From the NCBI RefSeq assembly GCF_052425735.1, contig NC_135770.1, positions 682,001 to 746,000 of the forward strand: a DNA stretch of 64,000 bases, given 5' to 3'. The position numbers were made by a program, and so were the translations under genes. This DNA is from Oculina patagonica. Its lineage: Eukaryota. Below the pieces are notes generated by a model, which ran no database searches, was not told the DNA's origin, and saw only the letters and a list, made by a program, of their open reading frames with translations. Of this stretch, positions 1 through 24,800 are shown piece by piece (within the stretch, counting starts at the first letter, position 1; each line of letters starts with the position of its first letter).

Positions 1-12593
<12,593 letters not shown>

Positions 12594-13150
12594 AAACCCT
12601 TAGCACCAAGTAACATGATTTCGTAGAAGTCATTGTGCTGGACAAGAAACGTAATGGAAAACTTCAGTTCGTGTAAGAACCGCCTCGGAATATGAAGCAA
12701 GTCTCCTTGTGACGTTTATAGACGGAAGACCAAGTCGCTTATTTTATTTGGAATGACTCCTGTAAGATTTGGCGTTCAGGTTGCTAAGCAACACAGCGTG
12801 AGATTGACTGTTCGTGTTGCTCTCGGATTGGACGAAAAAAAAAATTAGGAAACTTGGCAAATGCTTCTTCGGAGATTTGCTACAAACAGCGCTTGTAACC
12901 CAGGCTGTTATTCTGAAAAGGGTGAGATTTGTTGGTAGCTAGAGACAGAAGTTTCCTTCTCTGATATCTTAGGGAATACTTTCTTTAAAAAGATTGTTAT
13001 CTGTTATTTATTGAATTTAGGAAGCACTGAACCAGTACCCTGGGCCCAAAGGTTTCCTTTTTCTCAATTCGAGGAATGAAGGGGGGCCAAGCCGCCATTG
13101 CAGGGGTAAATAGATAAGCTCAAATTGGAATGTTAGTGGCGATGAGTCAG

Positions 13151-13217
13151 ATAAGTAGAATTAGTTAACGAATAATAAGTAGAATTAGTTAACGAATAAT
13201 AAGTAGAATTAGTTAAT
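13151..13217 (+). repeat. 24-bp tandem repeat (~2.8 copies) in probable EML 3' UTR
   Basis: Unit ataagtagaattagttaacgaata. Confidence 0.9.
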
Positions 13218-14206
13218 GGAAAGGATGTAAAGGGGTTGGTTTCACGGTATTGTATTTAAGTGGACGCAAATAAATGGCCCACACTTACTGTAAGTAAGAA
13301 AAAAGAAACAGCTTGTGAAGGCCATTGATGGTACAATAAAGCTTATAAATCAATACGCTTTTCACTTTACTTTGTTCAACTGAACGTGCTTGCAGAGTTT
13401 TAACGGAGTATTCGGCCTCGATCCTTAAAGAAGACTAATTTCCATATTTTAGTTTTGATAATTACTCCCTAATTGTTTATTTTATTCCTTCTTATCATAG
13501 CATAATGTGCTGATAATTCGAGAGAACAATGAGAAAGGCGCTGCTTTTGCTCAAAGTGTGTATTTTAAGCGTTGTACCGTGTGTCCGTTGTTTAAGATCC
13601 AGCCTGGACGAAACGAACTCTTTGGAAGTGACTACCCTGGGCTCTTGCCCGTACACGGAGACGCAGTTTTTACGTGCATAAACAACACTGAGTGATTTGT
13701 TTTCAATGAAACTGAAAGAGGATTGTCAAAAAGTACCCAAAAACATCGAGCCCAGTTAATACTTCCAAGACCAGATTTAAAGACCCGTTGATGAACGAGT
13801 AACAACTCGGTTGGTAAAACTCGCTTATGAACCACCTGCAAGACAATATCACAGATGTCTTTGATGTTCTGTACAGACCTTTATTATGTTTTTACAAATC
13901 CTTAAAATATTATTGGTCTCTATATTGAACTTCTTCAGGTCACTTGGACTTTTATATCGTCATATCGTACTGGTTACCATTACTAAGGTAAATAGTTGTT
14001 TCAGTACATACAAGTATTAAATACCATTATATTCACCACCTAAAACTTATACTAACACGGTTTTAGAAGCCCCCAGGATTATTTACTAGTTTGGTATTTT
14101 ATAATATTGTTTTCAGCCCAACGAATAGCTGTGCAATACTGAAGTTAATGTTTCACCTGTGAAACAATAAGGCATTTGTCTAATTCGATACCAGTACCAG
14201 TAATAG

Positions 14207-14350
14207 CGCGGGTCGAGTTTGTTGTTGCCGAGGATTTTTTTGGGTAATCCGGCTTTCCTCCACAAAAACAAACTCTTCTAAATTCTAGGTTTGTCAGTCG
14301 CAAGACTGTTATGTGTAACCCTCGTTAAACGAAGCCGGTTTATTTTATTT
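14207..14350 (+). mobile_element. Degenerate V-domain-like SINE fragment
   Basis: gtcgagtttgttgttg...ccggctttcctccacaaaaac similar to 3870-3960; tttattttattt tail. Confidence 0.55.
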
Positions 14351-14546
14351 ACAGTAAAAATTGAATATTATTTATAAAAGAAACAGTAAAAAATTAATAA
14401 ATTAACTGAGACTATATATAGATTTGTTCTTAGTTTTCGTTCTTAATGAACAAATGCTATTTTGATATATATTTTTTTCGAAAACGCGATTATAAGTTTC
14501 CTGACGTCAAAGAAAAACTATATAAAAATATAAATGTACAACATTT

Positions 14547-14825
14547 AAGAAATAGAAAACATGTTCCGTGTTTCTATCGAGTTTTAGTAGAAACTCGGCG
14601 TGTTCATTGGAAATCCGCGAACTGATTGGTCCCCACGATCATCGCCGAGAAAACAGTCGCGCGCCGCGAGCTCAGCGGTAAGCCAGTGCACAAATTGAGG
14701 TGGACTGAAATCCTTGAGCACAAAACAAGACACCCCCGCGAGCGAAGTCAACGTGCGCCTCGTGACTATTGCTCATAGAAAACTCGGGCTGTAGTCTAAT
14801 TGTTAAATAGAAACACGAGTGGAAG

Positions 14826-14856
<31 letters not shown>

Positions 14857-14904
14857 GAGTCGATAGACGAGTGTTTCCACAGCTTTTTCGAGTTCTCCCA
14901 AACT

Positions 14905-14938
<34 letters not shown>

Positions 14939-15778
14939 GAAAACATGTTTTCTATTTCTTTTAGAAAACAGCACAAAGAAAATAACGCACATCAAAGTAA
15001 TATTTAGCGCTTTATTTAACATCAAAACGTAGATTCTCTTCACCTCGCGGTTTTACGTCATGAACAGTAATCAACCAATCATAGTACGGGAGTCGATGAA
15101 CAGAAATAAATCAACTGTTCAACATTTGCTTCAAGGCTAAAATTCACCGTTGTTTGGCCAAACAAACAAAGAAAACAGGCCCCAAAGTTAACGTAATTAT
15201 GAGAAATAACTAAGTCGATGGTTTAACTGAAGTCCAGCACTGGAAGGAGTCAAGAATTGTGGTTTTATTTCGCTTCATCGAACTAACCGAATGGTTTGAC
15301 GACCGACGATCGAGCGACTCGAACCTTGGAGGTGAAAGTGAATTATTTTTCTGTTAAAAGAAGTTTGACTCGGCATTCTGGACGAATATCTTGTCCAGTC
15401 AGGAGGAGCTGTGAATAGTTCTGAAGTGCTGCAAAGCCTAGAATGGAGTGAAGTTGCGCCAATTCATATACTTCTTTGAAAGGTCAGCCGCTTCGATAAT
15501 TTCTTTCACAGACTATTTTTGAATGTGTAGCGGGCTCTGTAAACATCTTACTCGCTTGTTTTAAAATGTGCAAATATTTGTTTAGTCTTAACCTGGTTTT
15601 TGTCAGCTGTGACATTAAAATTTGGCACAATTATTAGTTGTTATTTTTGCATTGCTTATTTTAGCGCCGTGAATATTGATTGCCGTGTCTACGACAACTG
15701 TCTGTGTCTCCATCGAGTTATAGAAACACAATTTTTAACCAATCAGCGCACGTATTTACTTTGTGCTATTTTCTAATA
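14547..15778. repeat. Interspersed repeat with long terminal palindrome (14547-14960), interrupted by a second repeat (14585-14806)
   Basis: Hairpin arms 14807-14921 plus outer arms 14547-14584 / 14922-14960; atcgagttatagaaacac motif recurs at 15711-15729; insert similar to 15783-15881. Confidence 0.65.
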
Positions 15779-15909
15779 CTTATTAGTAAAACTCAGCTGT
15801 GTTCTAATGGAAATCCGCGAATCTGTTTGGTTCTCCCACTTTTTTTTATTCGCCGTAGAAAACAGTCGCGCGCTCGCGTTCTTTTTTATTTTTTTTTTTT
15901 TTTTTTTTT

Positions 15910-15946
<37 letters not shown>

Positions 15947-16263
15947 TTTTTTCCTCTTTTTTTTTTTCCCCCCCTTTTTTTTTTTCCTTTAATAATCATT
16001 CCACGAAACTCGAAAACCCCCGGGGCACATGATAACCACTCATATGCGACGAGGTTGAGTGCAAGATGTGTTTTATATATCATACCGGCAACCCCACGAT
16101 TACGAGAAACGTTTATTTACCATCAGAACCGTTACAGTTTAAAGATGCACTGATCTTCCCCATTCCTCTCGCCCGAGTTTTCACTCACGGGATATTAGCC
16201 GATAGCCTACTTGCAGGGAATCAGTTAGAGTGCGCTTGCTCGTATACCTGGAGTTGCCATTAC

Positions 16264-16411
16264 TGGTCCTGGTTGTTCAAAGGGCGAATAACACTATGCA
16301 CCGGATAAATCACTACCCTGTGGATAGTGTAGTTTGTTTTGCCAAAACTTATCCGCTTGACAGTGATTTATCTGACGGATAGCGCTAGCCACCCTTTGAA
16401 TAACTGGGCCC
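16264..16411. mobile_element. Short palindromic MITE
   Basis: ggtcctggttgttcaaaggg...ggataaatcact / agtgatttatct...ccctttgaataactgggcc inverted symmetry. Confidence 0.7.
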
Positions 16412-17036
16412 TGATAATTAAGTGTAATAACTATGAACGATTTTTCATGCTCGACTTGTGGCTCTTCAAGTACAGTTTTTATAATTTCTGGATTTTTATG
16501 GCGAACAATGGATATGAAGTGTTAAGTGTACAAGGATAATAAGAGTAATTCACTACCTTTTTACTTGCCTCGAGTATCCTCTTCCCCCTCCCGAGGGCGG
16601 GGCAAAATGGGGTGCGACAAACCCCCCCAAAATTCTTAAGTGATAATCCCCACCCTCTGCCCTCCGTAAATACCTCAACCTTTCAAACCTCCAAAAATAT
16701 TCCATATCAAACTCTCTCCAAAAATACATGTGAAAATTTATAATCCCCCAAATACCAAAATCATTAATTTCAGTAATTCCTTGCACCTCGCCGTCACTTT
16801 AGTACCTAGCACAGGAATGAATTTAGCGACTATTCACCCGGCCCAAGAAACGCCAAAACTGTAGACTAGTTCGAATATAGTCCCATTATAGTATAAATAC
16901 CTTCCTCTAAAGTGGACAGACCCGAGACTGAAGGGGCTCGGCTGTCTATATGTGACTGACTATACGAGAGAGACCAACTTTGTGCCCGCTACATGAGAAG
17001 TTATATGTGTACAATCAATCTCTCGCCTGTTAAAGT

Positions 17037-18898
17037 CTAAATACGGCTTTCTCTATCCAAAGACCAAGAGTCTGACTCACTAAAAGGCTCTCTTTCCGGG
17101 TCATAAATGCTTCCGGAATGTCCGAAGAAAGTTCTCATGGACTCCGCGTAAGATGTCCCGTCATCCCACTCGGCATCTTCAACATCTGAAATGTCGTCGT
17201 TGCCTAGCAGCTTTCTGATGGAGTCCCGCCCCTTATTTCGCCTGTCCAGGTACATCGTGCTTTCGCTCAAACTAAACAAGCTACACTTGCTGGACATTTT
17301 CTCTAAGCCGAGTCCTTTGCAAGGTGTCCGTAAGTCTTCACGGGGTGGTTCATCCTCAATATCAAACTGCTTTTGGGCTTTATGGACTTTGTATTTGCCC
17401 GATCGGTTCACAAGAGAAATGTCTTTCAGTTCGTTGCTGATATTTCTCAAGTGTCTTCTAATGTCTTTGATAAACGACCTTTCGATAGCAATCTCACTGT
17501 TCTCCAGATGTTTCTGGCAGATTAAGTCATAGGCACTCCAGTTAACTGGAGTGTACTTGTGACCGTCTTCAAGTTCCTTCCTGGATTTCACATGTTGCTG
17601 TTTAACACTGTAACTGTCTCTCTTCGGGAAGAATTTTGCACTTCTCAGTGAGTCTATCTTTTTCCCTATTGCATTCTTAGCGTAGTCGATGAACACTCCC
17701 AACATTTTGTATTCCTCTGTGTCTCGATCTGGATAAATTCTCACTTCTCTGTAAGACTCGTTTAGAATCGCCAGAAACATGTTTATTAGAATGCACGCCA
17801 TTGTCGTCATAAAGAAAAAGAAGTAGAGCGGTCCAATGATTCGATTGGCTTTCTTAAGCTCGTGATAGTTCGTATCCCCGCCGATGAACATACCGAACTG
17901 AGTTCGGAAGACTTCGGAAACGCTCGAGTACGCCTTCGTGGTGCTTCCGAATACGAGAAGCGCGATCTGCATGAAAGCCAAGAACGCCACCATGAACACG
18001 GCCGAGTAGGAAATGATCTTGTCCCGGCAACGTGCCATGCTGGCGGCTAAACTGGAAATGTGCTCGTTGAACTTCAGGATCTTAAGAACCTTGACGGTTA
18101 AAATAAACACCAATATGGCCATCAGTGCGTTTTCAAGATCAGACCACAACACAGCGTAGTGAAAGCTTGACGTTTCAAAAGGGTTTGCGTGAATTCTGTT
18201 CACTAGCTTCGTGGTGTGATACCTTCGGAAAATCGACAGCGTCACTGTGGCTGTTGCAGCCAAAATTTGCGCCATTTCCACATAGGCCCATGCAGACTTA
18301 AAGTATCTACACCTTTCCTTCCAGATTTTAACTGCTTCGGCTACAATGAAGTAGAAGACCATAAGAAGGACAACCAGCTCGCAAACCGCGCTAATAGATC
18401 GTGTCCCGGATGATTTGGCTCCGTATAACGACATGGTGTTGATTCTCTTAAAGGTGACAGCCCCACCAAGGGGGAGAGCCTCAAAGATATACGATGCAGC
18501 ACTGAAGAGGTTGGTCGACGAGTCGAAAATCATGAACTCGACGAACACTGCCCGAGTTCGCTCGTCAATCCAGGAATTATCCTGCAAGTTGTGTATGACC
18601 CTTAATGCTGATGATTTCGTGTAGCCAAGATCCGCCACGAATCCACCTCCTCCGTAAAGCGCTCTCAAGCCCTGGAGGGGAAGGTTGTGGAGCTCGTCTG
18701 AGGTCTTGTAACGCCAAGGTCTCGGGCACATCTCGCGCAGCGCGAACTCAGACAGCAGCGCTGTTTCATTGGCTGGGATTTCGCGCCATTTCGGCATGCT
18801 GAAGCGTGTATCGTCTTCGTCAGACATGCTGTAAGGTGGCAGGCAAGAATGCAATGTTTCTGCAAACTTAGGTAACCGAGTTGCAATCGGACACGGCC
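17037..18898 (-). CDS. PKD1-like terminal exon (TOP + channel domain + cytoplasmic tail)
   Basis: 605-aa ORF; acceptor ttttctttag at 18899-18908. Confidence 0.95.
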
Positions 18899-21800
18899 CT
18901 AAAGAAAACCAAAAAGATGATTAGATAATTACATAAAAAATGAAAGTTCCTAAACAAGAGCTTAAGTTAGTAAATGCGCTAGCCGATTGCATTTAGCTTG
19001 TTTTCGGGAGTTTATTCAGTATGAAACGGATTAATGGTACCGTCCGAGCAGTTGGTTTCTCCAAGGCTGAACGTTCCCCTAGGAACGAATGTTTGTAGCT
19101 ACGTAGGAGATGCTAGCGGGGTAGGTTACTAGTAGAAATTGTTTACATTTTATAAACATTTATAAAATTTCACTCATAAGAACAGGGGCTTTGATTTCAT
19201 CGTTGTCTGTTCATTTTAAGTATTCTTAAGTCATAGCTGATAACAAAGGGAACTTCTTTTTTTTTTGCCTAATTGTATGTGTTGTCAATTGTCAATAGTC
19301 AAGTTTTTTCTTTTTTATAGGGAGTATCTGTTAGGTGTTGGACTTCGGAGTTCGTTTGAAATGTTAGTGGTCTCCACCCTCAGCCTTAGCCCCGACCTCA
19401 CCCTGACCGCCAGGGCTTTAGGCTGAACTCTTGATCGAGAATTCCGGGTTTATACATAATTAAATTGCATTTACCTGGTTTAACCCTAAGCTGTCTGAAG
19501 CGAGGCATGCCGACCAAGTAGCCCGACATGTCGGATATAAATCCATCTTTGTACTCAAATGCTTTTCCATTGTACCACTTAACTTCATACATGGCGGGAA
19601 CCAGATATTTCTTAGTCCAGTCCCAAAATGTGTCAGCATTGTGAATCTTGAAGAAAACAAATCACCAGTAAGAAGTGTTTTGGGGTTTCTCGTAACTCAC
19701 CAATTAACTTAACTTAGATATCTTAGCTCAGTGACTCAGTGGCAAGCAAGCTCGATCGATCGGTTGGTCAGTGAATTACTTATAGGCGCTTTAATGTTTC
19801 AGTGCCTTTATTTCTGACTCTTCCTAGAACCCGAAATGTTTGATTTTCCTTCTTCATACACTATATTACCTTCTGAAATTTGGGCAACAGTTCGTCAATT
19901 CCATTCGTCATCCAGTAGTGCCCAGTGTCCTTCCGTCCGTAGCAGATAACCATCAGTGCCCAGGCAAACACAAGGTAGAAACCGAGCTCAATGAGGACTC
20001 GCGCCATGATCAGCACTCGCAAGCGGTACTCGCGGAAACGCTCCAGTTGTTGTTTGTCTGGTTTAAGTGGATTATGAGACTCGCCCTGATAAAAAAACAA
20101 CGTAAATTGTTATGTTATGCTTTCTAGTAATATTCCCACGCGTTATACGGAATACAGTCCAACCTTCATGTGCGACAATTTCGTAAGCGGCCACTTTCTG
20201 TAGGCTACCACTGTATCAAAATACCAAAATTCACTTCTCGCAGGTATGCACATTTAAGGCTTATAGATTTTCTGTAACAAACTTTTCATAGTAAGAAGCC
20301 CGGTATATGGCGCGAAACGGCTGTATGCGTGAAACAACTGAAAGCATTGACTTACGATCGCGAGTTAAAACGGACTAATTACAGTAATTTTCGTGGAACA
20401 TTAAGTACAACAAAGAAAAGTAAAGCTTAATGTCTCTTAAAGAACTGACATTTTTACCTTTACTTTAGAATGCGCCACAGACTTCAGTTGCTCTTTAACG
20501 CTGTCATCCTCTGGCGCCTTCTTGATGATCAGCGCTAACAGTGAAGCCACGACTACCACCTTGATTGGCTGAATAAACAACACGTCCTGAGTAAAGGATA
20601 CCAGTATGGAGGTCAGCCATTGATTGGACACTTCAGTGCCCCACATCATGCTGTAGAAGACGGTGAAGGCGGCAGAAGTCAGGGAGGTCAAAATGCACAG
20701 AGCCCATCCAACATACACAAAGAACCGAGGCAGGGAGCAGCCTGATTTGCGTATTGGCTCCTGCGTGAGGCTGTCACTGTCTGTGCTATAAGCTTGCGTG
20801 TCGACCTCCTCTTTGGGTTTGCTGTTGCGGAAGATAAACACGATTAAGACGTTTACCGGAACGACCAATACAGCACTTTGTATACCGATAATGATCTGTC
20901 TCCAGCTCAGTACCAGAGGACCGAGCTGAAAAGAGTTACTGGTGTCTTCGGCACCAAATTGGTAAAACATGGCGTTTGTGACCATTGCTGACATCAAAAC
21001 GGACAAACAACATGACACGCGCTGGACGCGCGTGAACGGACTCGTCGGAGGTCTGGTAATCACTGAAAGCCAGATGTGCCCATCCCCAAGCCCCGCGGCT
21101 GCCCTGCTGTAAAACTTGTTCTTAAAACTGTTGATTTCTTTGTGTGACGACACGTAAAGTACGCGCTCGATCTTTCCATCCTCCCTCTCGGCAGCCAGCC
21201 AGCGGTTGCACACAAAGTGCCACGTGGTGTCGGTCTTTGGATCCCGGATGACAATTTTGTTTACAAACCATTGAGGATTATCTCCAGAATTGTCGTGCCA
21301 GATTTTAATGTGCGACAGATCGCCCAAAGATTCCTTAAGTGACAACATAAACGTGTTGACGCTTCCACGAGCGAACAGCTTCTTGTTGCACATGGTGCTG
21401 CAGTTCAGAGGAATGACGTCAGTGTCTCGATCGTCTCCGTATATCATGATGGCGACATTGGCTGACGTGCCGCATCGCCGCCATAAGCCCGTGTAGATTG
21501 ACAGCTCGTAACAATGGTTATTCATATTGACCTCGCCAAGCGGAATCACTTGTGTCACCTAATGAAAGACAAATTTAGATTTAAATCACCTTTCTTGCAT
21601 ATTTTATAATGAAATTAAACGCTAAAATATTGTTAAAATTTATTTTAAAACTTTAAAAACTTTAAAAAAAAGTAGACGACGTTTCGGCGCTACTCTACGC
21701 CATTATCAATTTAAAAGAAGTGATAGTTAAAATAAGAATATATATAACGTGAAACAATAAAAATAGTTGTGTGTCCTATGGGCATAATACGTAAAGTAAA

Positions 21801-24800
21801 ACAATGGAAAAAACTAAAAGTTCTAATTAAAAATAGAGAAGTATCAAGTAAATAATTTGGCGCGGATAGAGTCACTCTGGGTGTCCAGGGAAGGATTAAT
21901 GTCCCTGATGAACAGCATTTCGTATACGAGGCAGTTAAACTTGCTTCTGCATTTCTTTAAAACTCTGAAAAGGTGATTAATCTTTGCTCCTTTGCTGCCA
22001 TGTTGTGCCTCAAGGTGTCTACCGATTTTTTACTCAGAAATTAAGAATCTTTTTGCACATGTACTGAAAAAGCCACTCTTTCCTGTAACCTTTCCTGTAA
22101 CTTTGAATAAATTATCGAGAGCCTTATATCTAAGGTGGACAATAGCTTACACGCGATTGGCTCTAACTAGCTCTTGAGAATCCACGCACGCTCGACACTA
22201 CATTTCCTGTCCCACAAGTTTTACTTTGATAAATCCCCACATCACCGGCAACGTCAACTGACCTCCAAGGAGGACAATACAGTAAAAACCCGCGAGTAAG
22301 AACCTAACATTTAAGAACCTATTAAGCCTAAAATTTGAAAACAGGTTCTTATTTTCTAAAATTAATTAAATATATTTACTTTTAGGAAAAATATAACAAG
22401 TCAGCATTATGGATCATCTTGGAGATACGTAACCCAGAAGCCTTATTAAGAAAAAGGCCGAATACCACTAAAATCTCTATTAAATGACATTGAAATTTTT
22501 TATTCAAAAATTAAGAACCTTTTAAGAACCTTATTAGCCTAACTTTGTGTTAATAACCATTTTTGTAAGAACCTGTTTAGGCTAATCTGAAAAACAATAG
22601 GTTCTTACTCGCGGGTTTTTACTGTAGTTCAAAGTGTTACTTGTCATGCGTCAAGGGAGGTCCGGAGTAGCGATACCTTTACTTACATGATTATAAGCGT
22701 ATATAAGGTAGCCAAAGGCCCAACAATAGAATCGTAGCCGTCAACCGACATAGTGGTATTATTATCCACCAACAAATCAACGGTACGTCTAGTAATTGTT
22801 GAGTCTGTTCATATCCCAGGGATTGGAGAAGCCAATTGGCTACCGTCCCACTCCTAGATGAAACCATCAAAAGTGCTTTTACCCTGAATTTACTCACCTT
22901 CTGTTTGTCGCTTTTGTCCGCTCTTCGTGCAAAGACAACCGCGATTAAGTAAATACCAAGCATCGCACACACAGTGGCGAGAACCACAAAGTTCCCAGTT
23001 TCCAAGATGTTGCTGAAGGCGTCCCACACTTGGTCAAAGTCGATAGGATTCGGAGCAACTAAGAAGTCGCCGCCAAACGCTGAGAGATGAGTACAGAGAC
23101 ACTGGATAGAGCCATTGGCTGAATTTGGCCCAACCTTTAATCATGGTAACAAGGAAAGCAGATTATAAAACAATGCACGTAAAAGTTGCTAATGCTGAAA
23201 GAGAAAGGTCAAGACTACTGTTATGTCTTGTTATCACTTTTCCACTTTTTATAATGCTTGATAACAAAAACAAAAGAATAATAGCGTTGATTTTCAATGA
23301 CTGTCATGAAACCAAAACTAAATAATCCACATTCAGCCCACTATATAGGCTACAGTGCGCAAAGTACCGTCTGTGGGCCAATCAGAGCTCTCAGTGAAAC
23401 CTTTAAGCGCGGGAAAAGTCACGAACCCAATTTTGGTTTTGGGATCTGATTGGCCGAGGAAACAACATCTCTGTTCTTATTGGTTAAATCCTGCCGTTAC
23501 ACGAGTATTTTTAACCAATCACAAAGCTCAGCTCAAACTATATTACAAAATGATTACTTTTATGTTACAGGATAGCTTTACAGGATATCACTTACCCTGC
23601 ATCCCTCTGACGTCCATTTTTCTTTACTCTCTGACCAGTACAAACACGCTCCCATAGAGATGGACAAGGTATAGTTAACATCAGTGCTGGGGTCAAACAT
23701 AGGAACCTCCACTCTTGGTGTTGGGGGAGGGGTGGTCGGGGGGTCCTTAAATTCTACGCATATTTCAGACCTCTTTTGTCTCCCATTTCCCGAGCAAGAT
23801 CTCCGCCTACGTTTAGTTTTCACTGAATCCTCGTTTGAGTTAGGCAATCGAATTCCAATGAAATGCAAACCAATATGACCCGTGACATTACTGGAAAGCG
23901 TTAACAAGTGTGGATCACTGGTGCAGTTAAAGTATCCATTATACACTGCAGGATCCGAAGCTTCTTCCAGTTTTTTCGCGTGCTTTTTGCACGACGAAAA
24001 ATCCGGAACTTCCGCCATGAAATCGTAGTTCGTAACTGTCGGCCGCTTTAGATGGCGAAAATAAACTTGAAGCTTTGTTCCGTTCGATGGCATAACCTTT
24101 ACACTTGAAACCATTTCTTCAGAGGGAATCACAACTCGGTGATAGCTCATGCTGCCATTAATGCTTGGTTTTACGAACGAATGCAAAGGAGCTTGGTCTC
24201 CCTGTGGTCGGTCGGTTTTTATATTCAGCTCAATCTCCTGAGACAGTCCTGATACGTTTAACAGTTCTCCTTTCTCGTCTTTCAGGTCAATGCTGATCAC
24301 AGCTGACTTCACAGTCTTGGCACTTTTGTCCCACGAGAAGGGGTTATTTTTAAGAGCCAGCATCTAGAAAAGATTGAAAGCACTTTTGCCATAAGTTAAA
24401 ATTTCTTTAAGGGTTCTGAGGGTCTCTCGTTACCTCAAACAACCAGTTAACGAGGATTATCATAGAGGCTTTATGTTATAAATTTTGAGTCTTTGTGTTG
24501 AGTCCATCGAAACGACTCAGTTTCAGGTAGAAATATTATTACCCTCTGTCTTTGTCCGTATGTCTGTCTGTTTTTCTGTCTGTCTATCCGTTTGTTAATC
24601 CGTCTGTCGTCTGTCTGTCTGTCTGTCTGTCTGCCTGCCTGCCTACCTGCTTGCCTAGCTACCTGCCTGTCTGCCTGGCCGCTTGCCCTATCTGTCTGTC
24701 TGTCTTTTTTTCTGCCTACCCGCCTACGTTTCCATCTGCCTATTTGACTGTGTGCCTGTCTGTGTTTTCTTAAATATCCTTTAAATGTCTATCTAAAAGG

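Noticed and set aside
13151-13217. CRISPR-like array
   Set aside because: Head-to-tail repeats with no spacers, in eukaryotic DNA.
15880-15990. Poly-T and poly-Phe ORFs (similar tracts at 29330-29410, 30310-30420, 38460-38551)
   Set aside because: Homopolymer-rich patches typical of sequencing or gap-filling artefacts.
17191-18802. Plus-strand ORFs overlapping the last PKD exon
   Set aside because: Antisense shadows of coding sequence.
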